NCBI GenBank assembly: GCA_041662585.1
Contig: JBAZSG010000006.1
Span: forward strand, 4,155-68,154
DNA: 64,000 nucleotides
Reading direction: 5' to 3'
Source: Patescibacteria group bacterium
GTDB lineage: Bacteria; Patescibacteriota; Patescibacteriia; UBA1558; GWA2-36-10
The notes beneath the pieces are model-generated. The model searched no databases. It had not been told where the DNA came from and saw only the letters and a list, made by a program, of their open reading frames with translations. This document shows, piece after piece, positions 28,498-38,251 of this stretch. The position numbers and the translations under genes were made by a program. Numbering within the stretch: position 1 is the first letter of the stretch; each line of letters starts with the position of its first letter.

Positions 28498-29142
28498 ATG
28501 GAGAATAAATTTTGGAATAATTATACAAAGTATAAAGGACCCACTTCTTTTCCCATGGGTATTTTAGAAAAATATGCTAAAGGAAATATTTTGGATCTTG
28601 GTTGCGGTGACGGCACTCACGCTGGTATGGTACGTAAATTTTTTTTAGGGAGTATATATGCTATTGATCCTTCGGATGATATTATAGCTAAAGCCAAAAG
28701 TAGATATCAGGATATAAATTTTCAGCCAGCCAGTGCCTATGACTTGCCATACGAAGATTCTTTTTTTGACCTAGTATATGCTATTGATGTAATAGAGCAT
28801 TTAAAAACACCAGAGAAGATGCTCAAAGAAGTTGAAAGAGTATTAAAATCAGGGGGCATAGTAGTATTTCAAACACCAAATTATCCTATAAAAAGATTGT
28901 ATGATTTTAATAATTTTTTGGCTAAAAAAAATTGGCGTCATAATTTTAAAGATGATCCAACTCATTTTTATAAATTTACAGCAAAGCATTTGAAAAATAT
29001 GTGTTCTAAGTATTTTGAAGTTGTTGAATTTAAAACCAGAAATATTTTTTTACAAAATAAATTAAAATTTTTGAAAAATAAAAGAAATAAAATGCCTTGG
29101 ATATTATTTGGTCAAAAAACTATAATTATTTTAAAAAAATAA
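28498..29142 (+). CDS. class I SAM-dependent methyltransferase
   Basis: 214 aa; 'ILDLGCGDGTHAGM' motif I, 'LVYAIDVIEHL'. Confidence 0.7.
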   Translation: MENKFWNNYTKYKGPTSFPMGILEKYAKGNILDLGCGDGTHAGMVRKFFLGSIYAIDPSDDIIAKAKSRYQDINFQPASAYDLPYEDSFFDLVYAIDVIEHLKTPEKMLKEVERVLKSGGIVVFQTPNYPIKRLYDFNNFLAKKNWRHNFKDDPTHFYKFTAKHLKNMCSKYFEVVEFKTRNIFLQNKLKFLKNKRNKMPWILFGQKTIIILKK

Positions 29143-29146
29143 TAAT

Positions 29147-29617
29147 ATGAATAGAAAATTTTTTGAGATATTTAAAAAATTCATGATAAAAGAAAGGACA
29201 ATTGTTTGGAGAAGTCTTTTTGGTAAGCTAGGCAAAGGTAGTAGAGTAACTGGTCGTATTAAAGTTTATTTCCCAGAAAATATATTTGTAGGAGAGAAAA
29301 CCACTTTGAATGAAGGTGTAATACTTAATGCTAGGACAAAACTAATAATTGGAGATTATTGTCATATTTCTCCGGGAGTCATCATAAATACAGGAAGTTT
29401 GGATATAAATATTCATTATAAAAAAAGACCCCACACAAAAGCGGAAGTAAAAATAGGTGATGGTGTTTGGTTGTGTTCCGGGGCACTGGTAAATCCAGGA
29501 GTGACTATTGGTGAAGGTGCTGTCATAGCTTCTGGTTCTGTAGTAAACCATGATGTTGATCCCTTTACAGTGGTTGGTGGTGTACCAGCTAAATTTATTA
29601 AAAAATTAGAACATTAA
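29147..29617 (+). CDS. hexapeptide-repeat (left-handed beta-helix) acyl/acetyltransferase
   Basis: 156 aa; 'VKIGDGVWLCSGALVNPGVTIGEGAVIASGSVVNHDV' hexapeptide repeats. Confidence 0.7.
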   Translation: MNRKFFEIFKKFMIKERTIVWRSLFGKLGKGSRVTGRIKVYFPENIFVGEKTTLNEGVILNARTKLIIGDYCHISPGVIINTGSLDINIHYKKRPHTKAEVKIGDGVWLCSGALVNPGVTIGEGAVIASGSVVNHDVDPFTVVGGVPAKFIKKLEH

Positions 29618-30870
29618 TCTTTTGATAATTTTAAAAAAGTAATAGATAAAAATAGATTAAAAAATCTAGTTATTACTCTAGCCAAAACAATACCTAAAAG
29701 TCCAAAATTTAATACTAATACAAAAATCAATACAATTTGAACAGAGGAGCTCACTATTTTGAATAGGTATATTTCTTTTAACATTTTTTGAGCTTCAAAT
29801 ACAGAAGTGATAGTGAGCAAGGGTAAGGTTATAAAGGAAATAGCAAAAATTCTGGAATAAAATACAGCTTCCATATATTTTGGGAATATAAGTTGAAATA
29901 TATAAGGAGCTAATATGATATATACAATAGCTACGATGACCAATAAAAAGCTTAGTTTGGCCATTTTTTTGATTAAAGTATCTTTTATTTCTTTTTTTGT
30001 TTTCGTAGCAAATTTTGGAGCAGCTAAAGTAGTAATTGGCTTTACCAGAGATTTCATTTGTTCTAGAGGGGCAACAGCAAAGGCATAAATAGCTAATTCT
30101 GTAGCACCCAAATAATGAAAAACCAATATTTTATCAATTTGCATAGCTACTGTACCCAATATACCTACAAAGCTCAAATGTTTACCATATTTTACAGTTT
30201 GAGTATCTACTTCTTTATTTGGGGGGTATCTATTTTTTATATGTATAAAATATATTATTCTTAAAATAAGTAGAGGTATGAAAAAAGATGCTACTACTAA
30301 AAATAAATTATCAACTAAATATATAGTTAAGAATATACATAGACTACTAATAATTTTTGTAAAAACAGTATATTTAGTCAATTTATCAAACCATTTTTTA
30401 CCATTAAAATAAGATTGGTATAAAGCAAGACTATCTATTAGTGGTACCACTATGCTTATCAAGGCAAAAGAAACCATCAAATCATAATTATTGTTTAGAT
30501 AATAATAGATAGCCATAGCTAAACTAGCTGTGGCCCCAATAAGCCCCCATTTAATTTTGGTTTTTAATGCTGATAATAATGATCCTTCAAATCCTTTGGC
30601 AACTGCCCTAGTAACAGAACTATCCATACCATTTAGAGTGGTCATGGATAGTATACTAAATATAGAGATTATATATTTATATTGACCATAGGTCTCTACT
30701 GGCAATAAATTGGCGAAAGCAATGGCTAATAAAAAAGAAGATACGCTGGAGATTACTTGACTGATTGACAACCAAAAGCCACCTTTGGCTAGATAGACCA
30801 TATCTGTCTTGGTATATTTTTCACTACGACGTAATAAATTGTATATTTTGTCTTGGAATTTATTTGACAT
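29614..30870 (-). CDS. polysaccharide biosynthesis flippase (Wzx/MOP-superfamily-like)
   Basis: 418 aa, ~12 TM segments, typical oligosaccharide flippase organisation adjacent to sugar-nucleotide genes. Confidence 0.65.
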   Translation of the reverse strand: MSNKFQDKIYNLLRRSEKYTKTDMVYLAKGGFWLSISQVISSVSSFLLAIAFANLLPVETYGQYKYIISIFSILSMTTLNGMDSSVTRAVAKGFEGSLLSALKTKIKWGLIGATASLAMAIYYYLNNNYDLMVSFALISIVVPLIDSLALYQSYFNGKKWFDKLTKYTVFTKIISSLCIFLTIYLVDNLFLVVASFFIPLLILRIIYFIHIKNRYPPNKEVDTQTVKYGKHLSFVGILGTVAMQIDKILVFHYLGATELAIYAFAVAPLEQMKSLVKPITTLAAPKFATKTKKEIKDTLIKKMAKLSFLLVIVAIVYIILAPYIFQLIFPKYMEAVFYSRIFAISFITLPLLTITSVFEAQKMLKEIYLFKIVSSSVQIVLIFVLVLNFGLLGIVLARVITRFFNLFLSITFLKLSKD

Positions 30871-32074
30871 TTTGATATTTCAAAATTTCGTAATGATGTT
30901 TTATATTTTTAAATATTTTATGATTTACCGCTTTAACTAAAAAATCATAATTTTTGATTTGAGATTTTTTTATATTTTGACAGCCAAATATTTTGTCAGC
31001 TTTGATAAAAGGATCATAAATAGCAATTTGGTATTTATGTTTTTTGAGCTCTTTAATAAAATCTTCTACTTTTGAATTTCTAGTATCAGTAATATTTGCT
31101 TTAAAAGTAGCCCCCAGTATTAATATTTTTTTGGTTTTTATTTTATGCTGACGAATATATTTTAGTAATTGTTTTGCTTCATATTTAGCCATATTGTCAT
31201 TGATGCTGCGTCCAGCCAAAATCATTTTTGGATTATGATGCAAGCTTTTAGATTTTTGGCTAAGATAATATGGATCGACACTGATACAATGTCCACCGAC
31301 TAGTCCGGGTGTAAATTTTAGAAAATTCCATTTGGTGCCAGCAGCTTTGAGTACCTCCTCGTAGTCAATATGCGCTTTATCTAGTATCATTTTCAATTCA
31401 TTCATCAGAGCAATATTGACATCTCGTTGAGTATTTTCTATTATTTTTGCTGCTTCAGCTACTTGAATACTAGAAGCTCTATGTACGCCAGCTTTGATTA
31501 TTTTGCTATATGTTTTGTCGACAATATCTAGAGTTTTAGTATTACTACCGGAAATTACTTTGACTATTTTTTCCACTGTATTTATTTTATCACCAGGATT
31601 TATTCTTTCAGGGGAATAACCAACAAAGAAATCTTTGTTAAATTTTAATTTAGAGTATTTTTCCAAAACGGGTACACAATCACTTTCAGTGCACCCAGGA
31701 TAGACAGTTGATTCATAGACTACAATACTACCAGCAGTCATATATTGACCAACTATTTTGGAGGCACTGAGTAGTGGCTTGAGATCAGGATTTTTGTATT
31801 TGTCTATGGGTGTAGGGACAGCTATGATGATAAAATTTGACTGGGAAATTATTTTTGGATCAGCTGAAAAATTTATTTTGGCTTGCTTGATATCAGAAGT
31901 AGCCACTTCTTTGGTGTGGTCTATATTTTTTTGTAATTCAGCAATTCTTTGTTGGTTGATATCAAAACCATTGATAGCTTCTTGCTTGCCAAATGCTACA
32001 GCCAGAGGAAGGCCAACATAACCCAAACCAACAACACATATTTTTATTTTTTTAGTCTTCATTTTTTTGTTCAT
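30860..32074 (-). CDS. UDP-sugar 6-dehydrogenase (UDP-glucose/UDP-ManNAc dehydrogenase family)
   Basis: 404 aa; N-terminal Rossmann 'KICVVGLGYVGLPLAVAF'; catalytic-Cys region 'GGHCISVDP'. Confidence 0.8.
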   Translation of the reverse strand: MNKKMKTKKIKICVVGLGYVGLPLAVAFGKQEAINGFDINQQRIAELQKNIDHTKEVATSDIKQAKINFSADPKIISQSNFIIIAVPTPIDKYKNPDLKPLLSASKIVGQYMTAGSIVVYESTVYPGCTESDCVPVLEKYSKLKFNKDFFVGYSPERINPGDKINTVEKIVKVISGSNTKTLDIVDKTYSKIIKAGVHRASSIQVAEAAKIIENTQRDVNIALMNELKMILDKAHIDYEEVLKAAGTKWNFLKFTPGLVGGHCISVDPYYLSQKSKSLHHNPKMILAGRSINDNMAKYEAKQLLKYIRQHKIKTKKILILGATFKANITDTRNSKVEDFIKELKKHKYQIAIYDPFIKADKIFGCQNIKKSQIKNYDFLVKAVNHKIFKNIKHHYEILKYQNVK

Positions 32075-32077
32075 ATA

Positions 32078-33088
32078 TTACTTTATTTTGCCATCCAAAG
32101 GATGGTCGCCATTTGGGCGATAATAATCTTTGTACCAGGTTATAAATTTTTTAATACCATCTTCAATATTAGTTTGTGGTTTGAATTTTAATTTCGCTTG
32201 GGAGTGTTTTATATCAGCAAAAGTATCTGACACGTCACCAGCTTGCATAGGCATCATTTTTTTTGTAGTTTTTTTGGCTAAGTTTTTTTCTATCAATTCT
32301 ATAAAATGTTGTAGTTTTACAGACTTGTTATTTCCTAGATTAAATATTTCATAAGGATAAGAGTGGTAAAGGGCTGATAGGACACCATCTACTATATCAT
32401 CTATATAGGTAAAATCTCTTTTCATTTGACCATGGTTAAAGACTTTTATAGTCTGATTGGCTAAAATAGCTTTGGTAAAGAGAAATAATGCCATATCTGG
32501 ACGTCCATAAGGGCCATAAACAGTAAAAAACCTCAGTCCGGTACAATTGAGGCCATAAAGATGATGATAGGTATGAGCTATCAATTCATCAGCTTTTTTG
32601 CTAGCGGCATATAGTGATATTGGTTTATCAACATTATCATCTACAGAAAATGGTAATTTTTGATTTTTACCATAAACTGAACTTGAAGAAGCATAAATAA
32701 AATCTTTTATTTTATGATTTTTTACTTCGTCTATCAGATTGGCAAAACCAACAATATTGGATTGGATGTAAGTATGAGGATGAGTCAGACTATACCTGAC
32801 GCCTGCTTGAGCAGCCAGATGACATACTTTGTCTATTTTGTTGGTAGCCAATACTTTTTTGACAAATTTTAGGTTTGTTAAATTACCTTTATAAAATTTA
32901 TAATTATTAAATTTTTTTAATATTTTATTTCTATCTTTTTTTAAATTTACATCATAATAATCACTCAGGCTATCTAGACCCACAACTCGAACGCCCATCT
33001 CCAGCAGTTTTTTAGCAACATGAAAACCAATAAAACCGGCTGAACCGGTAACAAGTATGGTGGTATTTTTTTTAAATTTTATATTCAT
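32078..33088 (-). CDS. NAD-dependent epimerase/dehydratase (UDP-glucuronate 4-epimerase-like)
   Basis: 'ILVTGSAGFIGFHV' GxxGxxG, 'YAASKKADE' YxxxK. The ORF track starts at a TTG (33127), but the ATG at 33088 ('MNIKFKKNTTILVTG') is the likelier start. Confidence 0.75.
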   Translation of the reverse strand: MNIKFKKNTTILVTGSAGFIGFHVAKKLLEMGVRVVGLDSLSDYYDVNLKKDRNKILKKFNNYKFYKGNLTNLKFVKKVLATNKIDKVCHLAAQAGVRYSLTHPHTYIQSNIVGFANLIDEVKNHKIKDFIYASSSSVYGKNQKLPFSVDDNVDKPISLYAASKKADELIAHTYHHLYGLNCTGLRFFTVYGPYGRPDMALFLFTKAILANQTIKVFNHGQMKRDFTYIDDIVDGVLSALYHSYPYEIFNLGNNKSVKLQHFIELIEKNLAKKTTKKMMPMQAGDVSDTFADIKHSQAKLKFKPQTNIEDGIKKFITWYKDYYRPNGDHPLDGKIK

Positions 33089-33100
33089 GTTTATTAATTT

Positions 33101-33192
33101 TAATCCCCCTAAATCCCCCTTTGACAAGGGGGACTTGTCAAACTCTATTAATTAATTCTCCCCTGTCAAGGGGAGATGGCTGAAGGACAGAG
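33101..33192. repeat. cluster of GC-rich palindromes (CCCCC-TTTGACAA-GGGGG; TTGACAAG-GGGGA-CTTGTCAA; TCTCCCC-TGTCAA-GGGGAGA)
   Basis: Read directly; conspicuous C/G runs in an AT-rich intergenic spacer between two same-strand genes. Confidence 0.6.
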
Positions 33193-33198
33193 GGGTTA

Positions 33199-34560
33199 TT
33201 ATCGCCCCAAACTCTTATTAAACACAGTATTGATAGTTTTTAAGATTATAGAAATATCTAGAGCTACAGATTGATTTTTGATATAAAACAAATCATATTG
33301 TAGTTTTTCTTTAGCATCAGCTACGCTAGCACCATATGGAAAATTTATTTGAGCCCAACCAGTAAGTCCTGGTTTGACTAGATGTCTTTCATTATAAAAT
33401 GGTATAGCCTCTTTGAGGGTGCTTACAAATTCTGGTCTTTCAGGGCGAGGACCAACAAAACTCATATTACCTTTGATGATATTTATAAATTGAGGTATTT
33501 CATCTATCCTAGTTTTACGGATAAATTTGCCAACTTTTGTAACTCGTGAGTCATTTTCTTTGGCCCACTGAGCACCATTGGTTTCGGCATTTTTGGTCAT
33601 AGAGCGCAATTTGTAAACAGTAAATATTTTGTTGTGCAGGCCAACTCTTTCTTGTTTATAGATAATAGAACCAGCTGATTCAAGCTTTATGGCCAAGATT
33701 ATAAAAGGAAGTATCAACAGAGAAATAAGACCAAAAAATACAGAAAGCACTATATCCATAATTCTTTTGAAAAAAGATGACCAATGTTGATTTTTTTGAC
33801 TAATATTTTCCAAAAACCAGTGACGCTCCAAGGAAGAGACGGGTACCTTGCCAGTAATTTTTTCATAAAAGTCAGTAAGATTAAAATATTGTATTTTAAG
33901 ATCTATGTTTTCAAATAAATAGCGAGCTACCTCTGGACTATATTTTGGGTCATTGACAGCTACTACAGTATTGATTTTGAGCTCTAGTATTTTATTTCTC
34001 ATTTCGCTGATATCTTTACTGACAGCGACTATTTGAAATTTTTCAGGGATAACAGATGAATCGGGGTTGATAATTAGTTTTAGTTTATAACCCAAGTGAG
34101 GCTTGGTAATTATTTCTTCAGCTAGTAGTAGTGATTCAGAATGGATGCCAATAATAGCTAGATTACTGCCTAGTCTATCGCTAGATATGAGTTTGTAAAA
34201 TATTTTTCGCCAAAGGATAAACAAAATAGCAAAAATACCAACCAGTATCAGCAGTATGGTTTGTGGCCTGATGCCAAGAATATTGCCAACTAAATAAAAG
34301 AAAGACATGGCCAAGACAGTATTGATGAGCAAATTTTGCACCAAGCTACCATAAAATTTAAAGCCTTGTTGGACTTTGTTTATTTCGTATAAACCATTGA
34401 TAAAAAATATTATTATCCACAAGGCAAAAATAATTGAAAAAGGGCCCAAATGCTTGGACCATAGTAGGCTATCAATATAAGAAAAACGTAACCACAAGGT
34501 GATGGCTAAAGAACTATATAGTAATATCAGGTCTCCAAATAATAATATTATCTTTCTCAT
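33199..34560 (-). CDS. polyprenyl glycosylphosphotransferase (bacterial sugar transferase, WbaP/PssY-like initiating enzyme)
   Basis: 453 aa; N-terminal TM segments; 'KRIMDIVLSVFFGLISLLILPFI', 'YKLRSM', 'DEIPQFINIIKGNMSFVGPRP'. Confidence 0.8.
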   Translation of the reverse strand: MRKIILLFGDLILLYSSLAITLWLRFSYIDSLLWSKHLGPFSIIFALWIIIFFINGLYEINKVQQGFKFYGSLVQNLLINTVLAMSFFYLVGNILGIRPQTILLILVGIFAILFILWRKIFYKLISSDRLGSNLAIIGIHSESLLLAEEIITKPHLGYKLKLIINPDSSVIPEKFQIVAVSKDISEMRNKILELKINTVVAVNDPKYSPEVARYLFENIDLKIQYFNLTDFYEKITGKVPVSSLERHWFLENISQKNQHWSSFFKRIMDIVLSVFFGLISLLILPFIILAIKLESAGSIIYKQERVGLHNKIFTVYKLRSMTKNAETNGAQWAKENDSRVTKVGKFIRKTRIDEIPQFINIIKGNMSFVGPRPERPEFVSTLKEAIPFYNERHLVKPGLTGWAQINFPYGASVADAKEKLQYDLFYIKNQSVALDISIILKTINTVFNKSLGR

Positions 34561-34850
34561 TTATAATTTTATTTATTCCACCTTTGGTGGATAATAATTG
34601 AGTATATTATAGTAAAAAATATCCTTTTTTGTCAAGAAAATAGCATTTTTAGCTTTTTTTGAATATAGTGCAATATATGATATAGTTTATGTATTACTAT
34701 TTTATGAGTTTATTGCTAAAATTAGCCAAAGAAATAAAAGCTGATTATGCAATTTTAGATAAAAATACACCTTTATTATTAGATTTGCTAAATAGTGGTT
34801 TATCATACTATGATAAGGAGGATATAATAATAAAATTTAATGATTAATGT

Positions 34851-35798
34851 ATGAAAATATCAATTGTTTTACCAATTTATAATGAAGAAGAAAATGTAAA
34901 TATTCTTTATAATAAATTGACAGAAGTTTTAAAAAGAATTGGAGTAGAGTATGAGATACTTTGTGTTAATGATGGATCAAAAGATAAAAGTTTTGATATT
35001 TTAAAGAACATTGCAGAGCACGACAAAAAAGTTAAGGTAATCAATTTTAAAAATAATTTTGGCCAAACTGCCGCTATGTCAGCTGGCATCAAAGCTTCTC
35101 AAGGAGATTTAATAATACCAATGGATGCTGATTTGCAAAATGATCCAGAAGATATACCAAGATTTTTAGAAAAGATTAATGAAGGTTTTGATGTGGTATC
35201 AGGTTGGCGTAAAGATAGGAAAGATGCTTTGGTTTTAAGAAAAATACCTTCTTGGGTTGCAAATTGGATTATCGGAAAGATTACAGGTGTTAAAATTCAT
35301 GATTATGGGTGTTCAATGAAAGCTTATAAAAGAGAAATTATAAAAGATGTAAATCTATATGGAGAAATGCATCGTTTTATTCCAGCTTATGCTTCTTGGC
35401 AAGGAGCTGTAGTGACAGAGATGGTAGTTACACATCATCCACGTATTCACGGTGTGACTAAATATGGAATTGGCAGAACTTTTAAAGTAATTTTGGATTT
35501 AATAGTGGTAAAGTTTTTATCAGTCTATATCAATAGACCAATCCATTTTTTTGGGGGTATTGGTTTTGTATCATTATTTTTAGGAATTATCACTGGCTTG
35601 ACAGCTTTAACGCTTAGAATTTTAGAGATAAAATATATTGTAGAAACTCCCTTACCTATTCTTTCAGCTTTATTAATAATAGTCGGAGTTCAACTCATAG
35701 CTATGGGTATATTAGCAGAAATGATTATGAGAACTTATTATGAGTCACAACATAAAGAACCTTATGTTATAAAAGATAAAATTAATTTTGATAACTAA
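34851..35798 (+). CDS. glycosyltransferase family 2, polyprenyl-phosphate glycosyltransferase (GtrB/ArnC/DPM1-like)
   Basis: 315 aa; 'KISIVLPIYNEEENV', 'CVNDGSKD', 'DADLQNDPEDI', two C-terminal TM helices. Confidence 0.8.
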   Translation: MKISIVLPIYNEEENVNILYNKLTEVLKRIGVEYEILCVNDGSKDKSFDILKNIAEHDKKVKVINFKNNFGQTAAMSAGIKASQGDLIIPMDADLQNDPEDIPRFLEKINEGFDVVSGWRKDRKDALVLRKIPSWVANWIIGKITGVKIHDYGCSMKAYKREIIKDVNLYGEMHRFIPAYASWQGAVVTEMVVTHHPRIHGVTKYGIGRTFKVILDLIVVKFLSVYINRPIHFFGGIGFVSLFLGIITGLTALTLRILEIKYIVETPLPILSALLIIVGVQLIAMGILAEMIMRTYYESQHKEPYVIKDKINFDN

Positions 35799-37663
35799 TG
35801 TGTGGAATTACTGGTTATCTTGGTAAAGGTAATCAAGATATATTAGAGAAAATGACAAATAGTCTTTATCACAGAGGTCCTGATGATAAAGGTTTTTTAT
35901 TGGAAGAAAATTTGGGTATGGGACATCGTCGTTTATCAATTATTGATTTGAGTGATTCAGGACGGCAGCCAATGACTAACGAAGATGGATCAATTATAAT
36001 AGTTTTAAATGGTGAGATCTATAATTATCAAGAATTAAAAGAACAATTAAAAAATCAACATAAATTTAAGAGTCAAACTGATACGGAAGTTATTATTCAT
36101 CTTTATGAAGAGATTGGCACAGAAGTTTTTTCTAAATTAAATGGAATGTTTGCGATTGCTTTGTATGACAAGAAAAGAAAAAAAATAATATTATCTAGAG
36201 ATAGATTTGGTAAAAAACCACTATATTGGGGAATTTTTAATGAAACATTTTTGTTCTCTTCAGAGTTAAAGTCATTTTTAAATCATCCGTCTTTTAAAAA
36301 AGAATTAAATATAGAGGCTCTTAATAAATATTTACAATATGAGTATGTGCCGACACCGCATGCGATTTTTAAAGGAGTATATAAATTAGAGCCAGGATAT
36401 TACTTAGAATATGATTCTAAAAATATAAAAAAGGAAAAATTTTGGGATATTCATTTTGAAAAATCTGACCTTACTTTTAATGAGTCTTTAGAAAAGTTAG
36501 ATTATGAAATGAATAGAGCAACAAAAATTAGAATGATGAGTGATGTGCCTTTGGGGGTATTTTTAAGTGGAGGTATAGATAGTAGTATTATTGCTTATTA
36601 CGCACAAAAAAATAGTCAGCAAAAAATAAAAACTTTTTCTATTGGTTTTAAAGAAAAAAGTTTTGATGAATCAAATTATGCTCGTCAGGTAGCTAGATAT
36701 TTAGGCACCGAACATCATGAACAAATTTTAAGTGCCAAAGATTCTCTAGATTTTATTCCAAAAATTGCAGATTTGTTGGATGAACCAATGTCTGATTCAT
36801 CTATTGTACCAACTTATTTATTATCTAAATTTACCAAAGAACATGTTACAGTTGCTTTGGGTGGAGATGGTGGGGATGAATTATTGTTGGGTTATGATAC
36901 TTTCGTAGCCCAGCGCTATGCAGATATATATGACAAGGTACCGTTTTTTATTCGTCAATTGATAACTAAGACAGTTACAAGTTTGCCAACATCTTTTTCT
37001 AATATGTCTTTAGATTTTAAAATAAAAAAATTTACCAAAGATTTTGAAGATAATAAAAATTACAGACATCAACGTTGGTTAGGTTCTTTTGACAAACAGA
37101 GTCGTAGTAATTTATTTACAAATAATATTTGGCAAGATTTGAAAAATAAAAATGAATTTAACGATGTTGATAACTATTTAGATAGTATATCCAAATTAGA
37201 TAAATATCAGAAATTAATTTATTTATATTTAAGAACTTACATGTTAGACGATATTTTAGTAAAAGTAGATAGAGCTAGCATGTTTAATGCACTGGAAGTT
37301 AGGGCGCCGTTTTTGGACTATCAAGTAGCAGATTTAATTAATTCTATGCCAATTAATTTTAAATTAAAAGGAACTAAAACAAAATATATACTTAAAAAAT
37401 TAATGGATGGCAAGCTGCCTCAAAATATTATTTATCGTAAAAAGAAAGGTTTTGGTATGCCAATAGCTGATTGGTTGAATAATGATTTAAAATCATTAGC
37501 ACAAGAACTATTAAATTCTGAAAGAATAAAAAGAGAGGGCTTATTTGATTATAAATATGTAGAGAGGTTATTAGAAGGACATTTTGATCACAAACAAGAT
37601 AATCGTAAATTAATTTGGACTCTTATGGTATTTGAAATGTGGCGTGAAAAATGGTTTAATTAA
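35798..37663 (+). CDS. second asparagine synthase (glutamine-hydrolysing)-family amidotransferase
   Basis: 621 aa; 'MCGITGY', 'DLSDSGRQPM', PP-loop 'VFLSGGIDSSII'. Confidence 0.8.
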   Translation: MCGITGYLGKGNQDILEKMTNSLYHRGPDDKGFLLEENLGMGHRRLSIIDLSDSGRQPMTNEDGSIIIVLNGEIYNYQELKEQLKNQHKFKSQTDTEVIIHLYEEIGTEVFSKLNGMFAIALYDKKRKKIILSRDRFGKKPLYWGIFNETFLFSSELKSFLNHPSFKKELNIEALNKYLQYEYVPTPHAIFKGVYKLEPGYYLEYDSKNIKKEKFWDIHFEKSDLTFNESLEKLDYEMNRATKIRMMSDVPLGVFLSGGIDSSIIAYYAQKNSQQKIKTFSIGFKEKSFDESNYARQVARYLGTEHHEQILSAKDSLDFIPKIADLLDEPMSDSSIVPTYLLSKFTKEHVTVALGGDGGDELLLGYDTFVAQRYADIYDKVPFFIRQLITKTVTSLPTSFSNMSLDFKIKKFTKDFEDNKNYRHQRWLGSFDKQSRSNLFTNNIWQDLKNKNEFNDVDNYLDSISKLDKYQKLIYLYLRTYMLDDILVKVDRASMFNALEVRAPFLDYQVADLINSMPINFKLKGTKTKYILKKLMDGKLPQNIIYRKKKGFGMPIADWLNNDLKSLAQELLNSERIKREGLFDYKYVERLLEGHFDHKQDNRKLIWTLMVFEMWREKWFN

Positions 37664-37678
37664 GTATATTATAGATAT

Positions 37679-38251
37679 ATGGAAGAAAAAAAATTGAATT
37701 TGGGAGCTGGTGAAGATAGTAAAGATGGTTATATAAGTATAGATTGGAATGAATTGACTAAACCAGATGTAGTACATGATTTGAATAAATTGCCTTATCC
37801 TTTTGAGGATAATTATTTTGATGAAATATTAGCTTCTCATATATTAGAGCATTTAGATAAACCATTTGAGGTTATGAAAGAGTTGCACAGAATATTAAAG
37901 CCAAGTGGTAAATTGATAATTAAAGTGCCACATTTTAGTAGAGGTTTCACTCATACAGAACATGCTCATGGCTTTGATATATCTTTTCCTATGTATTTTA
38001 ATAAAGATTTTACTAAGTCAGGTTTTTATGGTGTAGAGTTTAAACTTAAAAAACTTAAATTACATTGGGCTGCTTTTACTCATTTGTTACCTTATTATGG
38101 GTATGGAAAAATAGCTATAAGGTTTATAAAATTATTAAGTTTTATGTTGTCTAGTTTGGCAAATATTAGCCCTAATTTGTGTAGTCGCATATGGTGTTTT
38201 TGGGTAGGGGGATTTGAAGAAATAGAATTTGAATTTATTTGTAAGAAATAA
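37679..38251 (+). CDS. class I SAM-dependent methyltransferase (Methyltransf_11-like)
   Basis: 190 aa; 'LNLGAGEDSKDGYISID', 'FDEILASHILEHL'. Confidence 0.55.
   Translation: MEEKKLNLGAGEDSKDGYISIDWNELTKPDVVHDLNKLPYPFEDNYFDEILASHILEHLDKPFEVMKELHRILKPSGKLIIKVPHFSRGFTHTEHAHGFDISFPMYFNKDFTKSGFYGVEFKLKKLKLHWAAFTHLLPYYGYGKIAIRFIKLLSFMLSSLANISPNLCSRIWCFWVGGFEEIEFEFICKK

Noticed and set aside
32078-33127. ORF-track start at 33127 for the epimerase gene
   Set aside because: The codon at 33125-33127 is TTG, and the extension MSKGDLGGLKLIN is read through the GC-rich palindromes. The ATG at 33088 (MNIKFKKNTTILVTGSAGF) gives a canonical Rossmann N-terminus.
34840-34854. 4-codon upstream ORF (ATG ATT AAT GTA TGA = MINV) whose TGA overlaps the ATG of the GT2 gene, downstream of an AAGGAGG at 34815-34821
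   Set aside because: The SD-to-ATG spacing is ~18 nt, which is long. Tiny ORFs like this arise by chance in AT-rich DNA. There is no amino-acid-specific codon run to suggest an attenuator.
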